A stretch of 63,740 bases of DNA, filler included, from an uncultured virus (IMG/VR IMGVR_UViG_2061766007_003500) (13 parts of one record of this genome joined end to end with filler, not necessarily neighbours in it); one strand, 5' to 3'. Positions 11,711-21,762 are shown, counted from the first letter of the whole stretch. Translations and numbers: made by a program. The notes: generated by a model from the sequence alone, not told the origin.

Positions 11711-12265
11711 ATGACATTCAGGATATTGAACGCCGACCCGCTGAACGACTATCGGGAGGCCTGCAAGATTACGCTGGGAATCGAGCGTTCCGCCGAGGAC
11801 TTCAAGTTCAAGCCGAAGGACGAGACCGCCTATTGGATTAGGCAGATTGTCGCCAATCATTCGACGCTGAGAGCCGTCAAATTCAGGATGGTTGACGAGG
11901 CTTCGAAGTCAGTCATTATGCAGATTATACGCGCGACGAAAGGCCATCCGCAGCCGGAAGTTCAGAGCAGTCGCCCAGATTGGTGCGGCAAGGAAAGAAG
12001 CACAGACCCTTACGAGTTGAAGCTGTTTATGCAAGACCACACCGCAGAAAGTTTTGTCGAGATGGCCAGGCAGAGGCTTTGCAATCGGACTGAGGACAAG
12101 ACGAGGGAGTTTATGAAACTGGCCGCGGAGTCGTTGAGGAACAGCGGCGAACCGTTCCTAAAGGCCGTCGGCTGGTGCTGCCGNNNNNNNNNNNNNNNNN
12201 NNNNNNNNNNNNNNNGGTTGCGGAAAGTTCCCCAAACTGTCGGACGGAATAATCGAAGAGTATAA
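11711..12265 (+). CDS. Divergent ThyX (flavin-dependent thymidylate synthase)-like protein
   Basis: ANHSTLRAVKF, SVIMQIIR...VQSSRPD and EMARQRLC...TR follow the order of ThyX motifs, but the RHR signature is replaced by RAT. Confidence 0.6.
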   Translation: MTFRILNADPLNDYREACKITLGIERSAEDFKFKPKDETAYWIRQIVANHSTLRAVKFRMVDEASKSVIMQIIRATKGHPQPEVQSSRPDWCGKERSTDPYELKLFMQDHTAESFVEMARQRLCNRTEDKTREFMKLAAESLRNSGEPFLKAVGWCCXXXXXXXXXXXXLRKVPQTVGRNNRRV

Positions 12266-12300
12266 AGAAAGTCTATAATGCAAAACAAAGGAGATGTAAA

Positions 12301-12876
12301 ATGAAAAGCGCGAAGGATTTCGCCGAGGCGTGGGGAGTGAATTCCCAAAACGCGGGAAGGCGGCTCTCCGGAAAAAGCGGAAAAGGAAAGTACGCGCTGA
12401 CCCCGGTAAAGAAGGTTGGCGCGATATTGTTGTACTCTGACGAGGATTTCGAGCGGCTGACGGGAGTCAAATGCGAGAAAATCGACTTCAGCGGCCTTAT
12501 GTGCCCCGCCGACTTGGGAGAGCGGCTCGGCATAAAGACCAAGNNNNNNNNNNNNNNNNNNNNNNNNNNNNNNNNNNNNNNNNNNNNNNNNNNNNNNNNN
12601 NNNNNNNNNNNNGGCGGAGTGAATTGGTATAAAAAGTCGGACATCGAGGCGGAGATGGCGAATGCCAAGAGGCGGAGAAAGGCCGCTCCGTCCAAGCCCA
12701 AGATTGAAAGGGGAAGCGAGACGAAAAGGCTGAACGACTTCTCAATCTTTTCGCACAGGGTGTCGGTTTTCGCCAACGGCAGGTGGATTGTCAAAAGATT
12801 CGGAATNNNNNNNNNNNNNNGTCAAGAAACTGCTTCAGTCCGGCGAGGACATTCTCATAAGGAGTTATTGGAATGA
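12301..12876 (+). CDS. Putative DNA-binding protein with repeated HTH-like units
   Basis: MKSAKDFAEAWGV...LLYSDED and LMCPADLGERLGI...WYKKSDIE resemble MerR/excisionase-like HTH units; basic. Confidence 0.45.
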   Translation: MKSAKDFAEAWGVNSQNAGRRLSGKSGKGKYALTPVKKVGAILLYSDEDFERLTGVKCEKIDFSGLMCPADLGERLGIKTKXXXXXXXXXXXXXXXXXXXXXXXGGVNWYKKSDIEAEMANAKRRRKAAPSKPKIERGSETKRLNDFSIFSHRVSVFANGRWIVKRFGXXXXXXQETASVRRGHSHKELLE

Positions 12877-13197
12877 AAATTTGGAACGTGAGCGAGGGGA
12901 TTGGAAACTACTCCCAAAGGAACAACGAGATTTCGCCGAATTCAAGCTGCGGGCCGACGAATATGATTCAGGCGTTGGAGTACGCGGGATGGCATTGGAG
13001 GAATTCGATTTTTCCGGAGCTGAGGCAGCCGGNNNNNNNNNNNNNNNNNNNNNNNNNNNNNNNNNNNNNNNNNNNNNNNNNNNNNTCCTTTCGTATTACA
13101 AAACGCATTACAAGAATATGTACGACGAGTGGATTGAGGAGTCGGAAAGGCTGGCCAAAGCGCAAAGGAAAAAGCGGTGGGAGGTGGATTGTCCGGT
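12873..13197 (+). CDS. Papain-fold C39-like cysteine peptidase (N-terminal part), candidate endolysin
   Basis: YSQRNN....SSCGPTNMIQAL matches the Q...C catalytic segment of C39-like peptidases; the rest lies in a gap. Confidence 0.6.
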
Positions 13198-13589
13198 NNN
13201 NNNNNNNNNNNNNNNNNNNNNNNNNNNNNNNNNNNNNNNNNNNNNNNNNNNNNNNNNNNNNNNNNNNNNNNNNNNNNNNNNNNNNNNNNNNNNNNNNNNN
13301 NNNNNNNNNNNNNNNNNNNNNNNNNNNNNNNNNNNNNNNNNNNNNNNNNNNNNNNNNNNNNNNNNNNNNNNNNNNNNNNNNNNNNNNNNNNNNNNNNNNN
13401 NNNNNNNNNNNNNNNNNNNNNNNNNNNNNNNNNNNNNNNNNNNNNNNNNNNNNNNNNNNNNNNNNNNNNNNNNNNNNNNNNNNNNNNNNNNNNNNNNNNN
13501 NNNNNNNNNNNNNNNNNNNNNNNNNNNNNNNNNNNNNNNNNNNNNNNNNNNNNNNNNNNNNNNNNNNNNNNNNNNNNNNNNNNNNNNNN

Positions 13590-14172
13590 GTACAAGCATC
13601 TTTTCCTTTGCCCCTCGCAGTCGTCGAAGAAAAGGAATTTCCAGCTTCATGGAGTTCTCTCGCCTTTCGTCTGCCTGTGGAGGACTTCCCTTTTGAATTG
13701 GAACGAGGGACAGGCCTTTTACGCCCGCTCGGTCCTTCCGAGGGACTTTTATTACGCCGGAACCGACGGCCAGCAAAAGTGCGAAAGGGGCTTCCTTTAC
13801 GACTTGCAGTTCGACTTGGAGTTATTCTCCTCGTCTTATTACAAGACGTTCCGCGACAGGGTGAATCAAGATTTGATAGACCTCGACCGGCTCAGATACT
13901 TCAAGGTCGACATAAAGGAAATGTTCAAGGATTCGGAGAAAGTCGACACGAGAATGGAATTGCTTCCGAAGGACATGAAGCCGACGGACAACATCGGCGA
14001 TGGCCAAGACAACCGCTCGTTCGACTTGAACGCCGCCTATACCGTGAAGATGACGATTCCCTACTGCCATTCGGACGATTATTTGACGGGAATATCCTTG
14101 TACCTTAACGACAGGCGGATTTACCTCCACGACGGAGAGACGGAAATAATTCCCGGAAATAAAAAGGAGTAG
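13590..14172 (+). CDS. Virion protein, possibly tail terminator/completion-like (partial)
   Basis: Beta-rich pattern PFVCLWR...YDLQFDLELFS...YTVKMTIP; weak resemblance only. Confidence 0.35.
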
Positions 14173-14176
14173 AGTC

Positions 14177-14531
14177 ATGGATTTGGAAGGGAGCGGATTT
14201 AACTTTGACGCGGGCGCAATCGGCGCGACCGGCGCGGCGTTCAAGGAGCTTTGGTCGGACTACGAGTACGCCAAGAGGGAGTTGAGGAGCTTGAGGCCGA
14301 GGCTTGAGGAGGCTTCGGACGCGGCATCCGAAATAAGGAGGGCGGCCNNNNNNNNNNTTGCGAGGTGAGGACCGGCTCGAACGTCTCCCACATCATAGGC
14401 GAGGACATNNNNNNNNNNAGGAGTTCGAGAGATTGGATTGGGAGGCGGACAATCTTGAGAATTCGTTCAAGCGCGCGTCCGGCGGAATCTCCCTTGACGA
14501 CGCGCTGGACATAGCGGACGGCTTGGAGTAG
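14177..14531 (+). CDS. Hypothetical protein (interrupted by gaps and a misplaced 50-bp fragment)
   Basis: AAGGAG RBS, ORF start MDLEGSGFNF; stop precedes a terminator. Confidence 0.5.
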
Positions 14532-14559
14532 CCTCGCGGCCAAAAAAACCCATCAAGGC

Positions 14560-14588
14560 AGGGGAGAGCGCGGACTCTCCCCTTTTTT
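14560..14588 (+). terminator. Intrinsic terminator
   Basis: GGGGAGAG-CGCGGA-CTCTCCCC hairpin followed by TTTTTT. Confidence 0.85.
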
Positions 14589-14655
14589 CGTCTTCCAATA
14601 TCCTATAATTACGTATAGGAGGAATGAGTATGCTTTTGAGATTCGGAGGGAAGGC

Positions 14656-16114
14656 ATGAGCGATGAAGTGAAAGCCCGGCTGATACGCCCCATAGTTCCC
14701 ATAGAGGAGTGGCTTCAATCGAGCTTCTACGTGGGGCCTGAAGTCGACTACATACGCCCCTACGTCCGCGACTTCATAACGGAGTACGCCAACTCCAAGG
14801 CCAAAAGAAAGTTCCTCTGCACGGGAGCGTCGAGGACCGGAAAGTCCTACGGCGTCAGACTGCTATTGCAAAGAATACTATACGAAATGTCGTGCTGGGA
14901 GAACTTCCCCTGCCTCTTCGGCCTCTCCCCGTCAACCGTGCCCAAAATATATTGGCTGTCCTATACGTACGCGAAGGCCGAGAGCACCGGCTTGAAAGGC
15001 CTGACAAAGATGATAGACAGGGTGCCCTATTGGCAAATGCCGGACTTGAAGAGAAAGGACTTGGAGTCCGAATTGGTCTTCCCGTTCTGCGAGGTGAGGA
15101 CCGGCTCGAACGTCTCCCACATCATAGGCGAGGACATGCTGGGGTGCGTCCTAGACGAGGCCAACGTGAGAAAGGTGGCCAAGGGAACGGAGGTCGAGGA
15201 GACGCAGAGAATGTTCCAGGAGATGCAGCAGAGAAGCGTCATGACGTTCAGCAAGAACGGAATGTGGGGAGGCTTCTCCGGCATAATAAGCTCCTCGACC
15301 ACAAGCTCCTCATTCGTGGCCTTGGAGCTGGAGAAGGCCAAAAGGGACGGCGACACGGTGATAATGGAGGCCGCCGTCTACGAGGCGAANNNNNNNNNNN
15401 NNNNNNNNNNNNNNNNNNNNNNNNNNNNNNNNNNNNNNNNNNNNNNNNNNNNNNNNNNNNNNNNNNNNNNNNNNNNNNNNNNNNNNNNNNNNNNNNNNNN
15501 NNNNNNNNNNNNNNNNNNNNNNNNNNNNNNNNNNNNNNNNNNNNNNNNNNNNNNNNNNNNNNNNNNNNNNNNNNNNNNNNNNNNNNNNNNNNNNNNNNNN
15601 NNNNNNNNNNNNNNNNNNNNNNNNNNNNNNNNNNNNNNNNNNNNNNNNNNNNNNNNNNNNNNNNNNNNNNNNNNNNNNNNNNNNNNNNNNNNNNNNNNNN
15701 NNNNNNNNNNNNNNNNNNNNNNNNNNNNNNTAGGCATATACGACGACCCGGACTGGGAGAGCCTTCTTTCGGAGTCCTACGTCATGTCGGCCTACCACGG
15801 CGAGAGGGTCTACGTCCACGTGGACTTCGGACAGAAGCACGACCACACCGGCTTCTCCGCCTTGTACTACGACCAGGAGGCGCACAAGGTGGCCTCGCTC
15901 CTCACGATGGAGATGAAGGTCAACGGGGGCATATCCGACAACGTGACCGACCAGACGAAGGTGTGGGAGCTGATACTNNNNNNNNNNNNNNNNNNNNNNN
16001 NNNNNNNNNTACCGCAGGCCAAGCTCCAGGACTGGACGGACGGAGAGTATTACTCCTGCGACGCGGACGAGATGGCGGCCTATCTTACGATGAGGAACTA
16101 CATGAAGGTAGGAC
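14656..16114 (+). CDS. terL: Terminase large subunit (C-terminus lost at scaffold end)
   Basis: Walker A GASRTGKS, Walker B CVLDEA, coupling motif IISS, RNase-H-type nuclease motif VHVDFGQKHDHTG. Confidence 0.9.
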
Positions 16115-16241
16115 NNNNNNNNNNNNNNNNNNNNNNNNNNNNNNNNNNNNNNNNNNNNTTAATTAATTAANNNNNNNNNNNNNNNNNNNNNNNNNNNNNN
16201 NNNNNNNNNNNNNNTCCCGCGATTCAAATCGTTACGGGGTT

Positions 16242-16270
16242 ATTATAACGCTTGGTGAAATAAATGTAAA
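16242..16270 (-). promoter_or_regulatory. Early promoter motif copy
   Basis: CAC-TTTACA-N17-TATAAT on the minus strand. Confidence 0.75.
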
Positions 16271-16303
16271 GTGAAATTCAAAGAAAGTTCAAGGAAATTC
16301 GGC

Positions 16304-18785
16304 CTACCGCCAGGAGAAGCTGATTTCCTGACCCGCAGCCTTGGCGGACACCCCCTCGAAGTGGAGGATTAGGAACTCGGAGATGTCCCGGTCAAAGCGG
16401 CGTTTTGAAGGGCTCCTGTAGTCCTTGGCGTATGCGGACCGCCACTTCTTGTCCGCGACTTCCTCGATTGGGACTCTTATGGAATAGCGGCCCTCCCTCG
16501 CGGCGGCGAGCATGGCCTCCCTAAGCCCGTCCAACGCCTCCGGCCCGCACAGCCCTTTGGCCAGCAGCTCCTTGTACCTATAATTTTGGCAAGCCTTAAC
16601 CGCATCTTGCCTCAGCTCCTCTAAGAATGTCACTCTCCAAAACCCCCTTAAACCTTCAAAATAAGGGCTTCCGAAGCCCGGCGGGGTTCTTTATCCAACC
16701 AAGCCCCGAAAGCCCCTCAGAAGGCCGTTTTTCGGCCTCTGGCGGCCTATTTCTCCATCACGCTGACTACGCCCGGCTCGCTCTCGTTCGCCCACTCCAC
16801 GTTGTCGCAAGCGTAGATGGACTCTCCGCAAGCGGTGACGGCGGAGAAGAAGCGGCGCTTGGGCTCGAAGGAGCAGACGAAGTCGCCCCAAGCCTTCAAT
16901 TTCGGAACTTGCGTCTCGCCACTCTTCCAAACCACTAGTTTCACAGCTTGACCTCCGCGACGGCCCCTTCCGGGGAGATGAGAAGGACCGTTCCCGCGTC
17001 CGGGTCGATTCCGTTGAACTTCACCGTGTCCGCCCCGTGGCCGAAATGGCACAAGTCCTGCAATCTGTTGGTGAATTCGCCCAATGTCATTCGCTTTCCT
17101 CCTTGACAAGCAAAGTCGCTTACTTCAAAAATTCCTCAATCGGAATGTTGTCCGGAGCGAGAAATCCATTGCCAACAGCAACGACCATTCCGTCGGAAGG
17201 TTGGTATACCACATCAACTATAGGCTTGTCCGAAACATCAAGCAATAGTCGCTCAATTTCCTCGCACACTTGTCTATGCACTCGGAATAGATGCGAGGCT
17301 TGTTCTGAGAGGGTCTTTATTCTGAGTTTAGTCTTTTCGTCAACTTTTAGTTTGTAGGCTTGCCAACCTTTGCAAGTGTATTCAGAAAGTTTCTTGCTCA
17401 TTTGCCTTTCTCCAATCCTTTATGTTGGTTGAATATGAGCCTGGCGACAACCGAGTTCGTTTCACAATTTCCTCGTCTTTCAACCTTTCCACCGAAGCCA
17501 TGAACGCCTTTTGAGAAGCAGTTCCTTTCTTCAAATTCAAAAGATGTTCTCTTTGCATTTCATAAAGTTGTTTTGCGCATAAGCGGGACTTTCCGTTCCA
17601 CCTTCCCACTGAGACTTTGTTCATTTGCCTTTCTCCTTGACGGTCGTTGGGTCTAGCAAGTAAGTAGCGCGAGGAATTGGATTCAAACAAATTGTTGGAC
17701 AATTCTTGTTGACTATGAAATCTGTCAGAGAAATGTATCTGGTAACATTTCCATTTTCATCGTATGAATACGGAACTTCATACTCCTTTCCTTGCGAAAA
17801 GCCGATTAGGATTTCTCCCCATAACTTAGCCTCTTCTTGTGTCAGTATCATTACTCAACCTTCTCCCAACTTTCAAGATATATGTCGTCAATGGGAATTC
17901 CGTTCACCCTTTCTCATTTTCGTAAGAGTTATTTTTATGTCATACTTAACTGAGTCGGACTTGTCCCTGCACTCGCTTCTATCCGCGAAAGCAACGGCGT
18001 CCATTTCAATAAGTTTGTTCATAACCAATTCCTCCACTGAGAGCAAATCATCGCCTTTTCTTATCTCAATCGTTACCATTCGCGTTCCCTCTCAAGAATG
18101 TAATGGGCGTACACCGTTCCTTCGTATTCAAAGTTATTCACAATCTTTATTCTGTAGCCCGCCGCCAGCAATTCGTTCAACTGCGGGCCTTCCGTCTCGT
18201 CCTTAACGTTAGGCTTCTCGTGATAGAGAATCGGAACCACTAGGCTTGCCGTGTCAACTTGTTTCATTCATTTCTCCCATTTGCCGGTTGGGCCAGCTTC
18301 TTGGCCGCCTTTTCCATTCTTTCCTCAAATCCGTCAAACGATTTCATTATTTGGTCGAAGTCGGCGTACATAATCTTCTTGGCGGAAACCTTTAGCAACG
18401 AAAACTTAATAGGCATGTACTCCGACTCTACGCCAGAATCCCAAATGAGAATTGCGCAGAGCTTTGCGAGCCTATCAACTAATTCAACAAACTCCTTGCC
18501 CTCCTCCTTGTCCTCGAAAATCCAGAATGACCATTGGCGCAGCACTTTCCGTCAATCTTACTGACGCGTCCTCCTACGAGCCTCAAAGGGACTTTATCCA
18601 ACCTTCTGCCTTTCACTTCATTCATACAAACAGCCGACAACACATAAGACTCTGGTAAGTACTTCCCGTCAACTTTCACAACCCAACCTTCCATAATTTT
18701 CCTCCTATTTGTCGAACGACAAAATTATCTTCGCAATCAGCAGTATAATTCCAATCAAAGGAAATGTCGCCAAGCAGAATCTCCA
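16304..18785 (-). CDS. Cluster of small hypothetical genes (16304-16633, about 16691-17090, 17120-17401, 17382-17624, 17621-17851, 17888-18079, 18073-18267, 18264-18694, 18676-18805)
   Basis: Co-oriented, abutting ORFs with RBSs; no recognisable domains. Confidence 0.7.
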
Positions 18786-18923
18786 ATCCTTCGTCAAAGC
18801 AAGCGNNNNNNNNNNNNNNNNNNNNNNNNNNNNNNNNNNNNNNNNNNNNNNNNNNNNNNNNNNNNNNNNNNNNNNNNNNNNNNNNNNNNNNNNNNNNNNN
18901 NNNNNNNNNNNNNNNNNNNNNNA

Positions 18924-19334
18924 TCATTCCTCCTTCCTCCAGCCCTTCAAATCATCGTCATGAATCCAACCCGCGTCGCCGATGCAGATATGTAACTGCG
19001 TTTTAGGGCTAGAGTGAATTCCTACTACCATTTTCTTCAATTGCCACCCACCGTCAGTATCGCTGACAAGTACATCCCCGACTTTCAAATCAGTCCAAAC
19101 CAACTCATCAGGCTTTGTCCTATACTCGCAATCAGCAAGCCAGTGAGGCGTTTCTGCACAATCTGCCCACTTATCCTCAAAAGTATTCACTTGAATCGTT
19201 TTACCGTCTTCCCAACCTTTGATTGTTTCCGTAAACTTTTGTCTTGCTTTGTACCACTTTATAGCTTCGTCCTCAGAGCCTACGAACAACTTAGTCTTGG
19301 CATGGAAGTCTTTTTGAACGGACTCCCACTCTTC
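18924..19334 (-). CDS. Modular hypothetical protein (KTKLFVG / WEDGK.IQ...YR.KP / LVWTDLK.G units), partial
   Basis: Shares three modules with 19506-20528. Confidence 0.7.
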   Translation of the reverse strand, partial: EEWESVQKDFHAKTKLFVGSEDEAIKWYKARQKFTETIKGWEDGKTIQVNTFEDKWADCAETPHWLADCEYRTKPDELVWTDLKVGDVLVSDTDGGWQLKKMVVGIHSSPKTQLHICIGDAGWIHDDDLKGWRKEE

Positions 19335-19505
19335 NNNNNNNNNNAGCAACCTGCAACTAAAAATAGTTGGGCGAACTTTCTCAACTTCCAATTCATTTCT
19401 TCACTTCCTCTAAAAACTTTGCTATTTCTATGATGTTGTGATTGATGGTATACAACTCGTAAGCGATGAATATCACTATCGCCAAACCGAAGATTACAAA
19501 GCCTA

Positions 19506-20528
19506 TCATTCCGCTATGCTCCATTCCTTCAAATTCTCGTCGGCAATCCAATCGCCCCCAAGTTGAATATGGCGATTGGTTGTGGGGTCTTTGACGATTA
19601 CTGTGACCATTCTTCTCTCCTCAACATACACATATTCATCCCTTCCGCCGAGCGGAATGGACTTTTCGTCTTTCTTCCAAAGTATGTTGCCTATCTTCAA
19701 ATCAGTCCAAACTAACCCATCAGGCTTGACTCGGTATTCAAGCTCAGCGTCCCAAGAAGGATTGTTTACGGTCACCCATATATTCCTGCTTCCGGCGACA
19801 GAGTAGAATTGAACCTTCTTTTCGTTCTCCCAAGCTAAAATGACATCGGCGAATTTCTCACGCTTGTCGCACCATTCCTTGCACTCCTCTTCGCTTCCGA
19901 CGAACAGCTTGTTCTTGGCGCCCCTGTATTCCTGTATTCTGTCCCATTGAGTGTAGAGGCCGAAGTCCAAATGAGGCTCATAATGGTCAACATACGCGAC
20001 ATACAAATCTTCTTCAGGTTTAACACGGTATTCAAGGCTAACATCCCAATTAGGATTAGGAGTGTCTATCCATCCAATGTGGCGNNNNNNNNNNNTAATT
20101 ACTTCAGTGAACTTTTGGCGAGACTCGTACCACTTTATCGCTTCTCCATATGTTCCAACAAATAATTTCGTCTTGGCATTGCGACTCTTTTGCGCATCCT
20201 CCCATCTATCTTCATTACAAGCGGTCAAACAGCATTTTCCATTCTCTTCCCTAGCGAGATAGGCAATCCATTTTTCATCTTCAAGCTTCGCTTCATCAAC
20301 CTTCCTCACAAGATAGGCAAGGTTGTACGCTCTACTGTCGGGTAACTTGAATCTATGTATGTGGTCTGGTCCCAAAACTTCGTCAAGCTTCTTGACATAT
20401 GTTGGCCACGAATTGCTCTTGACTTCCGCTTGCAACAACTCCAAACAGTTGGCGGCAATCACCTCGCTTCCAACTTCCAATTCCTCCGCGTTAAGCGAAG
20501 TGTAGACTTTTGATTTGTCAAACGTCAT
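19506..20528 (-). CDS. Modular hypothetical protein with internal duplicated units
   Basis: Two copies of K.KLFVG..E...W...R.KF..VI plus P.WD..LEYRVKP, then LVWTDLKIG. Confidence 0.75.
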   Translation of the reverse strand: MTFDKSKVYTSLNAEELEVGSEVIAANCLELLQAEVKSNSWPTYVKKLDEVLGPDHIHRFKLPDSRAYNLAYLVRKVDEAKLEDEKWIAYLAREENGKCCLTACNEDRWEDAQKSRNAKTKLFVGTYGEAIKWYESRQKFTEVIXXXXRHIGWIDTPNPNWDVSLEYRVKPEEDLYVAYVDHYEPHLDFGLYTQWDRIQEYRGAKNKLFVGSEEECKEWCDKREKFADVILAWENEKKVQFYSVAGSRNIWVTVNNPSWDAELEYRVKPDGLVWTDLKIGNILWKKDEKSIPLGGRDEYVYVEERRMVTVIVKDPTTNRHIQLGGDWIADENLKEWSIAE

Positions 20529-20887
20529 TCCGCTTCCTCCAAAAATCGGTTCGCCTCGGAAATCAAGTTAAGCATTCCGTCAGCCATTTCTGAATTTTCG
20601 GCTAACGTTTCAACGTACGGCAAAGCCCATCTGAGAAGTTCTACCGCCTTGTCCAACTTATTTTCGTCGTTTCCAACAACCGTGAAAGAGAATTGCGAGC
20701 CTTTCTTTGAGTTGGTGCAGACGATGTATTCGCCCACTTTCATTTCAAAAGGATATTCAAGGGACTTCTCAAGCATGGGATTGATTGTAACCGGATAGCC
20801 TTCGGAAATCAAAGCCTTCGCATAGTCCACAGCGTTCTGGATTGTCTCAAACGAAACGCTTGAAACAACCTCATTTGTCATCGCCAT
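20525..20887 (-). CDS. Hypothetical protein
   Basis: AGGAGG RBS, intact 120-aa ORF. Confidence 0.7.
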   Translation of the reverse strand: MAMTNEVVSSVSFETIQNAVDYAKALISEGYPVTINPMLEKSLEYPFEMKVGEYIVCTNSKKGSQFSFTVVGNDENKLDKAVELLRWALPYVETLAENSEMADGMLNLISEANRFLEEAE

Positions 20888-21122
20888 ATATTCCTCCTAT
20901 AGTTTGGCAAGATTGACGGACAGGACTTCGCAATTATAGCAAAGCCTCTTGCGCGTCTTCATATACAATTTCGCGAAGAATTATCCAACGGAGCGAAAGT
21001 TCCATCCTTCTGCAAGTGGGGAACGCAAAACAGGAACTCCCTTTCCGAGCCTTTGAGCGCAAACTCCGCCTCGATGTAGCACTCAGTCATTCCGCCTTGC
21101 CGGATTTCCTTGGCCTTCGCAT

Positions 21123-21210
21123 TGGAACGGGTCGGACTCGAACCGACTAATCCAAGCTCATTCTTCAAGAGAAATCGCCCGGAGCTTTCCCGTAATTAAG
21201 CTGCCGTTCC
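21123..21210 (-). ncRNA. tRNA-like RNA (pseudo-tRNA/tRNA mimic) with extended anticodon arm, 88 nt
   Basis: GGAACGG/CCGTTCC acceptor stem, GCTT/AAGC D stem, GTCGG-TTCGAGT-CCGAC T arm, 4-nt variable loop. The anticodon arm is 31 nt instead of 17. C at position 8; no encoded CCA. Confidence 0.85.
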
Positions 21211-21211
21211 G

Positions 21212-21293
21212 AAAAGAAAGGGAAGGCGGAAGGGCGGCGCGGAACCCCATCGATTGAGGCCGCGCCAGAGGGGAAATCCCTCCGCCTTCCCTA
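21212..21293 (-). ncRNA. GC-rich rod-shaped hairpin, candidate small RNA
   Basis: 12-bp AGGGAAGGCGGA/TCCGCCTTCCCT stem, pyrimidine-rich internal loop, 7-bp GGCGCGG/CCGCGCC stem, apical CCTCA/TGGGG stem, then TTCTTTT. Starts about 10 nt after TTCTATAAT (21302-21310). Confidence 0.6.
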
Positions 21294-21302
21294 CGATTCA
21301 CA

Positions 21303-21704
21303 TTATAGAATTCCGCGGATTCTCAAGGCTTTCTTGTACTCCTGGCTCTCCGCCACCCGCTTTCCGTGGGCCTCCCTTTCGGCCTTCGTCATCTCCCGCC
21401 ACCTCTTCGCGTAATAAATCTTGGAGTACTCCCGCAGCTCGTCGTAGTTGCAGTGGTATTGGACGCAGTACATGCTCACGCCGAATTTTCCGGCCAACGC
21501 CTTGTAAGTCCATCCCTCCGCCCTCAAGCGGAGAATCTCCCTTGTCTCCGCCTCCGTCAGCTTCCTGCGGCGGTCGAACCTCTCCGGCATTCTCGCCGCC
21601 CTGTANNNNNNNNNNNNNNNNNNNNNNNNNNCAATTCTTCGTCTCCCTTGGCCCACTCCCTCGCCGCCTTGTCCACCGCGGCCTTTCCCACTTTCATAAT
21701 CCAA
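21303..21704 (-). CDS. Helix-turn-helix protein(s), gapped
   Basis: RKLTEAETREILRLRAEGWTYKALAGKFGVSMYCVQY is a classic HTH. Confidence 0.75.
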   Translation of the reverse strand: MDYESGKGRGGQGGEGVGQGRRRIXXXXXXXXXYRAARMPERFDRRRKLTEAETREILRLRAEGWTYKALAGKFGVSMYCVQYHCNYDELREYSKIYYAKRWREMTKAEREAHGKRVAESQEYKKALRIRGIL

Positions 21705-21733
21705 AAACCTCCCTTTCGGAACTTATGAAATTT

Positions 21734-21762
21734 ATTATAACATACAGTTAAATAAAAGTAAA
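21734..21762 (-). promoter_or_regulatory. Early promoter motif copy
   Basis: CAC-TTTACT-N17-TATAAT with TGT. Confidence 0.8.

Noticed and set aside
14359..14408. Exact 50-bp copy of terminase sequence 15088-15137 (possible spacer or DGR template)
   Set aside because: Flanked on both sides by 10-N gaps, 100% identical, with no CRISPR repeats or reverse transcriptase; most likely a scaffolding artefact.
21123..21210. Normal tRNA-Gln(UUG) or tRNA-Lys(CUU), or an intron-containing tRNA
   Set aside because: No register gives a 5-bp stem with a canonical U33 7-nt loop at the correct distance, and removing 14 nt after position 37 leaves a non-canonical loop. Kept only as tRNA-like.
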